Assembly: GCA_051870955.1 (NCBI GenBank) | Contig: JBJECJ010000025.1 | Coordinates: forward strand, 126-64,125 | Source of the DNA: Paludibacteraceae bacterium | GTDB lineage: Bacteria > Bacteroidota > Bacteroidia > Bacteroidales > Paludibacteraceae | Direction: 5' to 3' | Length of the DNA stretch: 64,000 bases | Part shown: piece after piece, positions 38,155-48,330 of the stretch | How positions within the stretch are numbered: position 1 is the stretch's first letter | Layout of the letters: each line of letters begins with the position of its first letter | Notes under the pieces: model-generated | Databases searched by the model: none | What the model was told of the DNA's origin: nothing | What the model saw: only the letters and a program-made list of their open reading frames with translations | Position numbers and translations under genes: made by a program

Positions 38155-38226
38155 CACCCGCTTTTGAGTCCTGCCCTCTTGAGACGAGTATGTTCGTGAG
38201 GCAGGTATTGTGAAGGCATGGCGTAT

Positions 38227-38299
<73 letters not shown>

Positions 38300-38333
38300 C
38301 AAAGCACCGAATTAAGTTCGGAACGTACTTGAA

Positions 38334-38374
38334 AAAAGAGGCTGTCTAACAAGTCATGTTAGACAGCCTCTTTT
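38334..38374. terminator. bidirectional terminator between tRNA-Thr and susD
   Basis: 18-bp perfect stem aaaagaggctgtctaaca / tgttagacagcctctttt. Confidence 0.8.
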
Positions 38375-38390
38375 GAGATTAGAAGACTAT

Positions 38391-40337
38391 TTAGTAGCCG
38401 TAGTTATTCCACAAGTTGCCATTAGAGGCGGTGATGTAGTGCATGAAGATGGGCCAGTACTGCCGACTCTCAAGTTTCTCGGCATCGATGTAGAGGGGAT
38501 AACTGCTGCGTGCAAAATCCCATCCTCCCTCCTCGGAACCAAAGATACCCTTTTTCTCTATCCATCCATTGTTTTTATCGAAGTATTCGGGTTTGGTCGT
38601 TTCGCCAGGGCAGAGACCGTAAATCTCATCCATGACCCATGCATTGTTGCAGGTAGGTTCTTGGCGGTATCTGTACCAATACTTGGAGGATATGGAAACC
38701 TGTTTGCCGTTCAGTTCCGTTGTGATAACATCCGCATCGGAGATAAGCGAGCGGCAGAACTTCTCAGAGGCTTGTACTTGCTCTTTGAGGATACCCCATC
38801 GCATAAGGTCCCATTTACGGATATATTCTCCACAAAACTCTTTGGCTCGTTCCATTTGTATGGTTTCAAAATCGAGCACCGTTGCATCAGCGAGGTGTGC
38901 ACGACGACGCACCTTGTTCAGTTGCTCAAGAGGGTCGAGACCCGTGTTGTTGGTCGGTGTAACACCCATGTTGCTCCCTACGGCGGCTTCTGCGAACATG
39001 AGCAGCACATCGGCATAGCGCAGGACAGGGAAATCGACACCATCATCGCCGAGACACTCATGCAGCATCCATTCAAAGCGGTATTTGGCTATCCAGAAGT
39101 TCTTGACATTCGCCGATTTTTGGTATGCACGCTCTTCTGCAGGCAGTCCGTTGATTGAGTTATTATCATACGCCCATGCACCTTGTACGCAAGTGGTGGA
39201 GCGGCGCGTGTCGGCAGCGTCAAATTGATAGAGCAGCCACGGATTGATACACAAGTGTCCGTTCGTCTTGGCGCCATCACCTATACCCGGCAGTTTCCCC
39301 GCCAATTTGACAATGTCAGACGAACCCACTTTCGGTGCATTGAAGGTGAGTACCTGTCCGCGTGCACCATCGGCAAACGGGATTACCCAAAGATGCTCCA
39401 TTTGGTCGTAAGCAGTGATGTCTGAACATATCTGTCGGAAAGGTGTCTCGAAGTCGGGTGCCAGTTTGTCCTCATGGTTGATGATTTGTGCACACGCCCA
39501 AAGTACTTCTTCGAAGACGGTCTTACGCAGATTGACATCGGTGAAATTGGGTTGAACGGCATAGCCTGACGGGTCTTCGATGGTGGTGGGGCGCACCGCC
39601 TTGCCAGCATACATCAGGTCAACGCGTGCAAGCAGCGCGAGTGCCGCGGCTTTGTTCCCCCGCCCGACTTTGTTACGACAGGGGAGGGGTACCTCCGAAT
39701 CATTGGACCACGGCATCAACCGTGCGGCTTCGCGGAGGTCAGTACGCAGATGGGCATAGATTACGTTTCGGTCGGTCTTGCGTGCGTTGACACTCTCGGG
39801 GTCGGTAGTGAGAGAAGAGAATCGAGCGGGCACATCGCCCCAATACTTGACCATCTCAAGGTAGGCGAAAGAGCGCAGAAAATACGCCTCGCCGAGATAG
39901 TAGCGGAAAGTGGCATCCGTAGTGTCGCCATAGAGTTGGATTCCCTCGATGATGTTATTGCACCGTTCGATGATGATGTTCAGATAGGACCACGAATCGG
40001 AGCCGTTCTGGTTGGCGATAGCTGTACTGCCAAGAGGCACCTCGTAGGTAACTAATTTGGCGCGGTCATCGGTTCCCGTTGACCATGCAGACCATTCACA
40101 ATCCGTGTTCAGACCCACATAGCCGCATGCAAGGCGGTTGACGTAGCCCTTATCATGCGCCAAAGCTTGGTATGCTCCGCACATAGCCTGCTCCGTGAGG
40201 GTAGCATCGGAGAACACTTTCTGAGAAGTTTCCGCGGATGGCGACTCGTTGGAGAAAAACGAGTTACAAGAAGTGAAGAAGACTACACAAAGTGCTGTCA
40301 GACCGGCTATAAACAGCCTGTTAGATATTTTTTTCAT
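38391..40337 (-). CDS. susD: RagB/SusD family nutrient-binding outer membrane lipoprotein
   Basis: 648 aa with lipobox FFTSC. Immediately downstream of the SusC-like gene. Confidence 0.9.
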   Translation of the reverse strand: MKKISNRLFIAGLTALCVVFFTSCNSFFSNESPSAETSQKVFSDATLTEQAMCGAYQALAHDKGYVNRLACGYVGLNTDCEWSAWSTGTDDRAKLVTYEVPLGSTAIANQNGSDSWSYLNIIIERCNNIIEGIQLYGDTTDATFRYYLGEAYFLRSFAYLEMVKYWGDVPARFSSLTTDPESVNARKTDRNVIYAHLRTDLREAARLMPWSNDSEVPLPCRNKVGRGNKAAALALLARVDLMYAGKAVRPTTIEDPSGYAVQPNFTDVNLRKTVFEEVLWACAQIINHEDKLAPDFETPFRQICSDITAYDQMEHLWVIPFADGARGQVLTFNAPKVGSSDIVKLAGKLPGIGDGAKTNGHLCINPWLLYQFDAADTRRSTTCVQGAWAYDNNSINGLPAEERAYQKSANVKNFWIAKYRFEWMLHECLGDDGVDFPVLRYADVLLMFAEAAVGSNMGVTPTNNTGLDPLEQLNKVRRRAHLADATVLDFETIQMERAKEFCGEYIRKWDLMRWGILKEQVQASEKFCRSLISDADVITTELNGKQVSISSKYWYRYRQEPTCNNAWVMDEIYGLCPGETTKPEYFDKNNGWIEKKGIFGSEEGGWDFARSSYPLYIDAEKLESRQYWPIFMHYITASNGNLWNNYGY

Positions 40338-40343
40338 AACCGA

Positions 40344-43300
40344 TTAGAATGCTAAGTTAAGACCAAAATTGAAACTGCGGCTCCGAGGGAATGCGGAGTA
40401 GTCCACTCCGACAGCCAGCGGATTGATACCGGCACGGGTATCCACCTCGGGGTCTGCCCCCGAGTAATTGGTGGCTACAAAGACATTAGTAGCGGAGAAG
40501 AATATCCGCGCCTTGGTTATCTTCGCCCGACTAATCCATCTATCCGGCAAAGAGTAACCCACATTGAGAGACGCGAGACGCAGGAACGAACCATCTTCCA
40601 CATACTTATCCGTCAGCACACTGTAAGACGAATACGGGTTGGCGGTTGTGTTGCCGACGTTGGCAGACTCAATAGCCGCAGCGTAGGATTCATACGCCTC
40701 TCCCGTGAGATTGGTAGCGGTGATAAGCGTGCGTCCGATGAGTTGCCCGTCGTTGTCGAACAATGTGTAATGGTTGGCATGTATTGCCAGCAGATTACGG
40801 TTCTTGGTGGACGAGTTGATGGTTGAGAAATCAAGCGCTGTCATGTTGACGACGTCATTGCCAATGCTGTAGGTGAAATTGGCAGCGAGGTCGAACTTGC
40901 CCCATGCGTCGCCACCGATAAAGAAACCGAGGTTGAAACCACCACTTACGACAGGAAGGGTGTTGCCGAGTTTAACCATCTCCTCGCTTTTGAGTTTGGT
41001 CATACCGGGATAAGCCTGCCCGAGGATTGTCTCGATGACAGCGCCGTCCTTTTCCCAGGGTGATAATTTTTTGTTGCCGGTGTTGTACCCGTTGAAATCG
41101 GCGGTGGTGTATATGCCATCGGTCAGGTATCCGTAAATGTCTCCGATGGCGGAACCCGGGGTGAGATAGAACTCATATCCCTGCTTGTAATAGGTGGAGA
41201 AGCACTCGGCACTGACCTGATAATCCGCCATTCCGCCAAGGTCCACTACGGTATTCTTATTGTGCGCGATATTGGCATCGAGCGTGAGACCGTAACTGAG
41301 TTTCGGACTGTGATGATCGAGAATAACCCCTCGGATAGAGAACTCAACACCCTTATTGTCGGTCGCACCGATATTGCGGAATTGGTAGTTGTAGCCGCCA
41401 GTAGCGAGTCGGTATTTCAAAATGAGGTCTTTGGTCGTATTCCAATAGAGGTCAATACTACCGTTGAGTCGCTCGTTGAAGAAGCCGTAGTCCATACCGA
41501 AGTTGCGGGTAACGGTTGTCTCCCATTTAAGGTTAGGGTTCGGCGCGATGAGTTGTGAGGAACTGCCTCCCTTGCCATCAATGAGCACACTATTCATGTC
41601 CTGCATGTAGTTGGCGGTATTGTCGAAGAGATAATCCAGATTGAGATAACCGAGGTCCACGTTGTTGTTGCCTACCGTACCGTAGGACAAACGCCATTTC
41701 CAGTTGCTCATCACATCCTGTGCAGCACGCATCCACGGTTCGTCTATCATACGCCATGCGATGGCACCCGATGGGAAGTAGCCCCACTGATTACCACGCG
41801 TGAATTTGGTAGATGCATCCGCACGGAAAGTAGCGGTGAAATAGTAGCGTCCGAGGAGTACGTAGTTGGCGCGTGCAAAGACGGAGAGCATGTTGTCATT
41901 GGGGTTGATATAGTCTTTGGTGAGCGTTTTTTGAGCCGATTCAAGGTTGCTAAAGATGGTTGCAGGCGCAATGGACGGGTCGAAACCGAAAGAATAGATA
42001 TAGTGGTTGGCACCTTTGTTGATAATCTGCTCCTCGCCGACCAAGATGGTCAGGTCATGCTTCCCGCCACGGAATTTCTGCGCATACTCAAAGGTGTTGG
42101 TCTCCTTGAAGCGTGAGGTACGCGTAGCCGTGGAGAGCACGTGTCCGAGCGGCGAGCCATCAGCAGCCACTGCCTGAGACTTACCATCGCCGTTCTTGGC
42201 ATAACTGGTGGTGGCACCGAAATAGCGCATCTGGTCAATGGAGCGGCTCTCATAACCGACTTCGGCACGGACCGTAAAATGATTGAGAAACTTATATGCT
42301 ACGTAGCCGTTGACGCTCCATTTATGTTCGGTCTTGGTCTTATAGTTATCATCAATAGAGGTGAAGGGATTGAAGAGATTCCAGATATTTACCTCGGCAT
42401 CATCTTCCATCGACTCGTTGGCGGAGAGTTTGACGGGAATACCGTACAGCGGCAGGAAGGAAACGGAGTTACGCAGACGACTGTCGCTCTTGTTGTTTTT
42501 GGCTTCATCGAGGCTGTTGCTTCCCGAGCCGAGGGTGTTGGTATTCGTATAGCGGGCGTTGAGACCAATGTTGAGTCCCTTGACCGGTTTGAGTTTCAGT
42601 TTGAGGGAGGCATTGTTTCGGTCGAAGTTGGAACCGTACATGATACTATGGTCATCCACACGGTTGTAGGAAAGATTCAGACTGAATAGTTTATTGCCGA
42701 TATCGAAACCAAATGTGTGGTTGGAGTTAAGATGATTACCTCCGTATATCTCCTCCTGCCAGTCAACCGTTCCTTTATCCGACCAGAAATCCACCAGGCT
42801 CTGCAGACCGGTACCGGTCCAGGTCTGTTTGTCCCATCCCGCAATGTTGGCTGTACGCATATACCGTCCTTGGGTAGGGTCGTAGGTGCTGTAGGGAGTA
42901 AAGAAACGCGAGTTCAGTTTCTCTGCATCTCCTTTCTCTGAGAGATAGAGAAACTCGTACTGCATGCGAAGATAGTCCTCGCTGTTCATCATGTCATAAT
43001 GGTGCACAATGGCACGCCATCCCATATAACCGGAGTAGTCGGCATATACGTTGAGTTTGCCTCCTTTTGCCTCCCCGCCCGTATCGGACGCGTTCAGTTT
43101 TTCGCCCTTGGTAGTAATCATAATTACGCCGTTGGCACCTTTGGCACCATAGATAGCAGTTGCAGCCGCATCTTTGAGCACATCAATGGATTCAATATCA
43201 CCGGGGGCAATGTCCGTGATGCTGGAAACAGGGAACCCATCCACTATATAGAGCGGTTCGCTGGACTGGGTGAGGGAGGTTCCGCCGCGCACACGAATCT

Positions 43301-43769
43301 TCACTTCTGCATCGGGCGAACCTTCGGTGGTGGTTACTTGCACACCGGACAGTTTACCTTGCAACGCTTCGGCTACGTTGGTTACCGCTACGTCTTTCAG
43401 TTGGTCGCCTGATACACTGGCGACAGAGGTAACAAGGTCGCGCTTTCTGGTGGTTCCGTAACCGGTAACGACCACTTCGTCCAACACCTTGTTATCCTCT
43501 TTGAGCACCACGGAAAGTATGTCTGTTGTAACAGGCATTTCCTGTGTTTGCATACCGAGATAAGAGAACACAAGGACAGCACCTTCGGGTGCATCTATTA
43601 CGTAGTTACCGTCCACATCGGTCACGGTGCCGACGGTTGTTCCCTTGATAACGATAGTGGCGGAGATGATGGCTTCACCTGACGCATCGGTTACACGACC
43701 GCTCACTATTTTTGCTTCTACCATCATAGGTATCAGCAGAGTCATCATGATATAGATTATTTTTTTCAT
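40344..43769 (-). CDS. susC: SusC/RagA family TonB-dependent receptor
   Basis: 1141 aa with an N-terminal carboxypeptidase-regulatory-like domain (GRVTDASGEAIISATIVIKGT), a plug, a barrel and a terminal ..NFGLNLAF. Confidence 0.92.
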   Translation of the reverse strand: MKKIIYIMMTLLIPMMVEAKIVSGRVTDASGEAIISATIVIKGTTVGTVTDVDGNYVIDAPEGAVLVFSYLGMQTQEMPVTTDILSVVLKEDNKVLDEVVVTGYGTTRKRDLVTSVASVSGDQLKDVAVTNVAEALQGKLSGVQVTTTEGSPDAEVKIRVRGGTSLTQSSEPLYIVDGFPVSSITDIAPGDIESIDVLKDAAATAIYGAKGANGVIMITTKGEKLNASDTGGEAKGGKLNVYADYSGYMGWRAIVHHYDMMNSEDYLRMQYEFLYLSEKGDAEKLNSRFFTPYSTYDPTQGRYMRTANIAGWDKQTWTGTGLQSLVDFWSDKGTVDWQEEIYGGNHLNSNHTFGFDIGNKLFSLNLSYNRVDDHSIMYGSNFDRNNASLKLKLKPVKGLNIGLNARYTNTNTLGSGSNSLDEAKNNKSDSRLRNSVSFLPLYGIPVKLSANESMEDDAEVNIWNLFNPFTSIDDNYKTKTEHKWSVNGYVAYKFLNHFTVRAEVGYESRSIDQMRYFGATTSYAKNGDGKSQAVAADGSPLGHVLSTATRTSRFKETNTFEYAQKFRGGKHDLTILVGEEQIINKGANHYIYSFGFDPSIAPATIFSNLESAQKTLTKDYINPNDNMLSVFARANYVLLGRYYFTATFRADASTKFTRGNQWGYFPSGAIAWRMIDEPWMRAAQDVMSNWKWRLSYGTVGNNNVDLGYLNLDYLFDNTANYMQDMNSVLIDGKGGSSSQLIAPNPNLKWETTVTRNFGMDYGFFNERLNGSIDLYWNTTKDLILKYRLATGGYNYQFRNIGATDNKGVEFSIRGVILDHHSPKLSYGLTLDANIAHNKNTVVDLGGMADYQVSAECFSTYYKQGYEFYLTPGSAIGDIYGYLTDGIYTTADFNGYNTGNKKLSPWEKDGAVIETILGQAYPGMTKLKSEEMVKLGNTLPVVSGGFNLGFFIGGDAWGKFDLAANFTYSIGNDVVNMTALDFSTINSSTKNRNLLAIHANHYTLFDNDGQLIGRTLITATNLTGEAYESYAAAIESANVGNTTANPYSSYSVLTDKYVEDGSFLRLASLNVGYSLPDRWISRAKITKARIFFSATNVFVATNYSGADPEVDTRAGINPLAVGVDYSAFPRSRSFNFGLNLAF

Positions 43770-43802
43770 ACAATAATGATTTTTCTATCGTATCATTATT
43801 CT

Positions 43803-45302
43803 TTATTCCAAGGTTATTTCAAACCAATCCACATCGAGCCAACCGGCATCGTTGAACTTGCGGTTGTCGCGTGTACAGTAGAGCCCCACTTGGGCTCCTA
43901 TCCAGTGTCCTTTCTCTGCTTGGAACTGCTCTTGGGATTTGGTCCAGTGTACACCATCGGCAGAGGTATAGAATTGCCCTTTTTGATTGGCATCCATTAC
44001 AAGACGCAGATAATACCACTCATCGGTGACAGGTGCTTCAAGGGTGAAGGATTTGCGTCCGAAGACGACCATACCGGCTTGTTCGGCACCGACCATCTTC
44101 TTGTCTTTATGAGGTTGAAATCGCACGCGGGCAGTAGCCGTGAAGGCTACGGCGGGTATTTTCTGCAACATCATGTTCGGGATGAAACCATCCTCCAAGC
44201 GCGGAGCACTATATAGGCGCAGACGGCTGTTGACTGCATCGCAGAAGAACCACTGCGGTTTTATCTGAGCACCGGCAAACTGCCAGTCGAGTCCAAGTTC
44301 CGATTGGTCAAACTCGTCGCGGTGTGCAAAGTTAGCATAGGTACATTCGCCGTTTAGTAATCTCCCTTGACCCTTGACAGGTTCGCCGTTGTTCCCCATA
44401 ACGGGCCAGTCGTTGACCCATTTGACAGGTTGGAGGTGAACGATACGCCCTGCCACTCCCACATCTTGGAAATGGAAGAACCAGCCTTCTCCCTCGGGCG
44501 TTTCTACCCATCCGCCTTGGTGTGGTCCGTTGATATGGGTCTTGCCTTGCGCAAGGGTTATCTTGAGTTCGTATGGTCCGTAGATATTACGGCTTCGTTG
44601 CACCACCTGCCAGCCGGTGGGTACACCGCCTGCCGGGTGCATGATGTAGTAATAGCCATTGCGTTTGTAGAGTTTCGGTCCTTCGCAAGTAGGGTGCTCA
44701 GCGTGACCGTCGAATATGATTCTGCCGGGCACTTTGACGCTGAGAGCGTCTTCGTTCAGTTCCGCCATCATGAGCACACTCTTGAGTCCGAAACGGCTTC
44801 CCGCCACGCCATGACAAAGCCACACGCGTCCGTCCTCGTCCCACAACGGGCAAGGGTCAATATAGCCCTTGGCAGCAATAACCAGCACGGGTTCTTCCCA
44901 TTCAAGGGGAAAGCGGAAACTCGAAATATTGAACGGTTTGCTCCGTATGCAATAGATACCACGGTCCGGGTCGCCATAGAAAATATAGATTCTGCCGTCA
45001 TGTTCGCGGATGGACGGTGCCCAAACAAAGTTGCCGGTTACCCTGCATCCTTCTTCGAATCCCGGTACCCGGTAACGAATGGCGGCATCCACTATCTCCC
45101 AGTGCACAAGGTCTTTGGACGCGAGAATCTGCAATCCCGGCACGTTGTTAAAGGACGATGAGGTTATCAGATAGGTATCCCCTACCCTGCATACATCCGG
45201 GTCGGAATAGTCGTACGGCAGTATGGGATTGGTGAACGGCACTACTGCGGTCGCACAAAGCGACCACAGCAGTATGATACTGACAAAACTTATTTTTCTC
45301 AT
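43803..45302 (-). CDS. glycoside hydrolase family 43 (beta-xylosidase/arabinofuranosidase type) with C-terminal lectin-like domain
   Basis: Signal peptide, then NPILPYDYSDPDVCRVGDTYLITSSSF and other five-bladed-propeller motifs, then a C-terminal beta-sandwich of about 180 aa. Confidence 0.85.
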   Translation of the reverse strand: MRKISFVSIILLWSLCATAVVPFTNPILPYDYSDPDVCRVGDTYLITSSSFNNVPGLQILASKDLVHWEIVDAAIRYRVPGFEEGCRVTGNFVWAPSIREHDGRIYIFYGDPDRGIYCIRSKPFNISSFRFPLEWEEPVLVIAAKGYIDPCPLWDEDGRVWLCHGVAGSRFGLKSVLMMAELNEDALSVKVPGRIIFDGHAEHPTCEGPKLYKRNGYYYIMHPAGGVPTGWQVVQRSRNIYGPYELKITLAQGKTHINGPHQGGWVETPEGEGWFFHFQDVGVAGRIVHLQPVKWVNDWPVMGNNGEPVKGQGRLLNGECTYANFAHRDEFDQSELGLDWQFAGAQIKPQWFFCDAVNSRLRLYSAPRLEDGFIPNMMLQKIPAVAFTATARVRFQPHKDKKMVGAEQAGMVVFGRKSFTLEAPVTDEWYYLRLVMDANQKGQFYTSADGVHWTKSQEQFQAEKGHWIGAQVGLYCTRDNRKFNDAGWLDVDWFEITLE

Positions 45303-45325
45303 GGCGAATAAGGATACCTGCTTGT

Positions 45326-46462
45326 TTATAATTGAGCACCTAAGACATTATAGCGGATGCCGTTCTTTATGATGACGATTTGTCCGTTTTCAATAACCTT
45401 GACGGCATTGGTGGCTATTTTTACATCCCCCATACCTTCTCCCGTATTCGGATCTTTGGGCTCTTCATCCGTATATTCTACCGCAGCGATGAAGCAAACC
45501 TGCTTGCCACCGAAAAGGAAGGTGAACTCATTTTTAGGAATAGCGGGTTCTTTGACAATTACCGTCGGGTTGGTGTAGTCTTTGAGGCTGAACACAGTGT
45601 CTCTTGTGTTCTCACCGTCAAACTCTTTGAGCGTGCCCACATCGGTGCTATCGTTCGTTACGGCATAAAACACCACTTTGGTAGCATATAGTCCTGCGGG
45701 CAATGTTACCGTAATCTGCTTGCCGTTGGAGTTTTTGAGTGATTTGTACTCAATGCCTTTATACATCAGTTTACTACCGCCGCTCCATAAAGCACCTTCT
45801 GCCATTGCTATCGTCCATCCCTCGGCTAAAGACCCTGCAGCACCGGTAATGGCATTCACTTTTCCGGCATCGCCAAGGTCTGCGCCGTCCGCACCCAAAT
45901 TATAGGAAAGGAGTGCCGTAGGAACCACCACCGGTTCTATCGGTTCTGTATCGGAATAGGTAACCACCGCAATGAAGCATACTTGCTTACCGCCAAAAGT
46001 GAATGTGAACTGGTTCTTGGGCAATTCCATTACTTTCATGATGTAGGTGGGGTTATCATAGTCTTTGAGGCTATGCACCGAGTCTTTGCACGCCTCGCCG
46101 TCGAACTCTTTGAGCGTACCTTTGGCAGCAGCGTCATTGGTTACAGCATAGAACTCTACCTGAGAAGCATACAGACCCTCGGGCAGCGTGACGGTGTTTT
46201 GTGCACCGTTGGAGTTTTTGATGGTCTGCAGCGAATCCCCATTGAAGAAAATCTTACCGTTACCGGCAGTCCAATTTTTTTCGGTGTTACCTGTAATTGC
46301 AATCGTCCAACCTTCGGCAGGAGAACCTGCAGCACCTGTGATAACGTTTGCGGCTTCCGGCGCAGTGCCATTCTCGCCTAAGTTCCAAGCAATAACCACT
46401 TGGTCTGCCCACAATCCTGCACTCAGCAGGGTAGCAGTTAAGAATGTAAGAGCTTTTTTCAT
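45326..46462 (-). CDS. secreted protein with two tandem copies of an about 155-aa GWT domain plus C-terminal tag
   Basis: Signal peptide MKKALTFLTATLLSAGLWA. Internal duplication of aa 26-178 and 187-338 in ORF numbering. Ends in VIENGQIVIIKNGIRYNVLGAQL. Confidence 0.6.
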   Translation of the reverse strand: MKKALTFLTATLLSAGLWADQVVIAWNLGENGTAPEAANVITGAAGSPAEGWTIAITGNTEKNWTAGNGKIFFNGDSLQTIKNSNGAQNTVTLPEGLYASQVEFYAVTNDAAAKGTLKEFDGEACKDSVHSLKDYDNPTYIMKVMELPKNQFTFTFGGKQVCFIAVVTYSDTEPIEPVVVPTALLSYNLGADGADLGDAGKVNAITGAAGSLAEGWTIAMAEGALWSGGSKLMYKGIEYKSLKNSNGKQITVTLPAGLYATKVVFYAVTNDSTDVGTLKEFDGENTRDTVFSLKDYTNPTVIVKEPAIPKNEFTFLFGGKQVCFIAAVEYTDEEPKDPNTGEGMGDVKIATNAVKVIENGQIVIIKNGIRYNVLGAQL

Positions 46463-46497
46463 AACATTTATCATTTATACATTTCTGAATTATTTGT

Positions 46498-48330
46498 TCA
46501 TTTTATCATCTGACCGCTTATCGTATATTCCTGTCCGTTGCAGAGAATCACTATTTGTTCGTTGCGGAGTAGTTTGCGACATCCGCTGTGGATGGAAGAT
46601 ATATTCTCTATGGCTTGCCCACGCCGAACGCAGGTCAGTTTGATGGTAATGCTGGTTTGGCTGCCTGTGAATAGGAAGGACAGTGCATTCACGACCGGTG
46701 CTGCGGAGTGGTCAAAATAATAAGTTATCCACTGGTCATCACCTTCCTCTCGGTGCGTGAATCCGTATTGTTCATCGGTATAGGTTACGTTATTCCAGAT
46801 ATGCAGGTTCGCATCCGTCTCAAAACTATTGCAGTATCCCCGTATCTCCGCGTGTGTTACTTGGAGGTCGGCAGGAATGTGAATGGTATAAAGCACGTCT
46901 GCGGAATAACGGATGGTGTTCTGCTTTGCCGACGAATAGCCTGCCCCGCTCTCATTGGTGATGAAGAAGGCGTTATTGAAAGTAAAGGTCAAGTCGCCGC
47001 TCGCTGAGACACAAGTCTCGGCCGAAAGGGTATAGATACCATCTTCGTGCATGCTGAATTTTGCCAGCCAAGCAGGGTAATCTACTTCAATGACGCGCTG
47101 ACACCATGAGCCGATATATTGATAATTGGCGCGGTTGGTGGGCAGAAGGGAGGTGTAATAAGGACATCCTTTGCTGTCGAAGGCGATAGGCGAATCCTCG
47201 TAGTTGTAGAGGAAACGATAATACATGTGCTGGATGGTGTCTTTGTAGATAGCGTAGATGGGTTGGTACGCCTTGGATGCGTCATAGTTGGCACGTGCCA
47301 ACTCCTCTTCCGTATAGGTATAGGTAACGCCCTTGTAGGTATAGGAGCGTTTCTTGCCTCGAGCCTTGAGTTTGTTGAAGAACTTGTTATAGACCTGCGT
47401 GCCTGTGTTACCGCCTATCTGGATGAAGCGTCCCCAGAGGTGGGTACCTTTCTGCTCGATAATCTTTCGGTCGGGCTCACCTTGGGCGTTGGTGTAGTCC
47501 ACCACGGCGTGGTCTGCTATCTTATGCGCTTCAAGCCAGTTGACTGCAGCGATGATACGCGTCTTCAGTTCTTCTGAGGGGTTGTCTATCGTCATGAGGA
47601 AAGAAAGCAGATTGGCGGACTCGTACCCTGAGATAGAGGGGAGTTCGTGCGGACGCCCCTCGGTGGGCAGATAGGGTGCGACCGTATCGTGCTGCGCACA
47701 CCAGCCCGCGTAGGTACCGTCTATGTTGACCTGGCAATTGAGGATACATTGCAGTCCGCGATTGAAGGCGTTTTCACATTGCGTGCGTGTGGTGGCATCG
47801 GTGATGTTCTGGAAGTTGCCTTGGTTCGAATAGATGTCGCGCAACAACTTCATGACGTTGGTCATGAGGTCATCATTGAAAGTGATATAGTCCTGATAAC
47901 CGTTGTCATTCGTCAGCGGCAGGTATTGCGACCACCCGCCACAAGACTTTTGCGCGGTGAAAATCATCTGCAATCCGCGCAAGAAAGCCTGACGATAGTG
48001 TTCTTTGTTCGTTGCTTTCCATACGCGTGCGAGGAAACGCATCTCTTGCGTGGTGGCAACGTTATCAAGACACGAACGACCGTTCTTCTCGCTGATGAGT
48101 CGTTTGTAGTCAGCGCTTGAGAGCATGTGCAGTTGGTCGTTTTTCATCCATCCGCCGTTGGTTTTCTGCACGGCAATAACCGTATCCGCTATGCCTTGCG
48201 CCTCAGCGGAGCCGTACCACTCAGCGGGCATCTGACCGCTGCATACAGCCGACCAAGAAAGGTCTCTGACGCCGGCAAAGAGCGACTGGGCAATAAGCAA
48301 CGGAACGATTATGAATAATAACTTTTTCAT
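46498..48330 (-). CDS. putative pectate lyase (PelA/Pel-15E, PL10-like alpha/alpha toroid) with C-terminal extra domain
   Basis: Signal peptide plus repeated GGW helix-hairpin motifs (QKTNGGWMKNDQ, CGGWSQY, LDNVATTQEMRFLA). Paralog of 48327-49988, next to a CE8 gene. The family call is from memory of PL10 motifs. Confidence 0.55.
   Translation of the reverse strand: MKKLLFIIVPLLIAQSLFAGVRDLSWSAVCSGQMPAEWYGSAEAQGIADTVIAVQKTNGGWMKNDQLHMLSSADYKRLISEKNGRSCLDNVATTQEMRFLARVWKATNKEHYRQAFLRGLQMIFTAQKSCGGWSQYLPLTNDNGYQDYITFNDDLMTNVMKLLRDIYSNQGNFQNITDATTRTQCENAFNRGLQCILNCQVNIDGTYAGWCAQHDTVAPYLPTEGRPHELPSISGYESANLLSFLMTIDNPSEELKTRIIAAVNWLEAHKIADHAVVDYTNAQGEPDRKIIEQKGTHLWGRFIQIGGNTGTQVYNKFFNKLKARGKKRSYTYKGVTYTYTEEELARANYDASKAYQPIYAIYKDTIQHMYYRFLYNYEDSPIAFDSKGCPYYTSLLPTNRANYQYIGSWCQRVIEVDYPAWLAKFSMHEDGIYTLSAETCVSASGDLTFTFNNAFFITNESGAGYSSAKQNTIRYSADVLYTIHIPADLQVTHAEIRGYCNSFETDANLHIWNNVTYTDEQYGFTHREEGDDQWITYYFDHSAAPVVNALSFLFTGSQTSITIKLTCVRRGQAIENISSIHSGCRKLLRNEQIVILCNGQEYTISGQMIK

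Noticed and set aside
37674-38226. tmRNA (ssrA) adjacent to smpB
   Set aside because: I looked for a tRNA-Ala-like acceptor/T-arm and a tag reading frame ending in a hydrophobic ..LAA-type peptide, and none was found. The region is occupied by a terminator, the composite repeat and a promoter.
43776-44216. 146-aa plus-strand ORF at the susC/GH43 junction, considered as a possible small PUL gene
   Set aside because: It lies entirely antisense to the GH43 3' region and the intergenic spacer. It has no signal peptide, lipobox or promoter.
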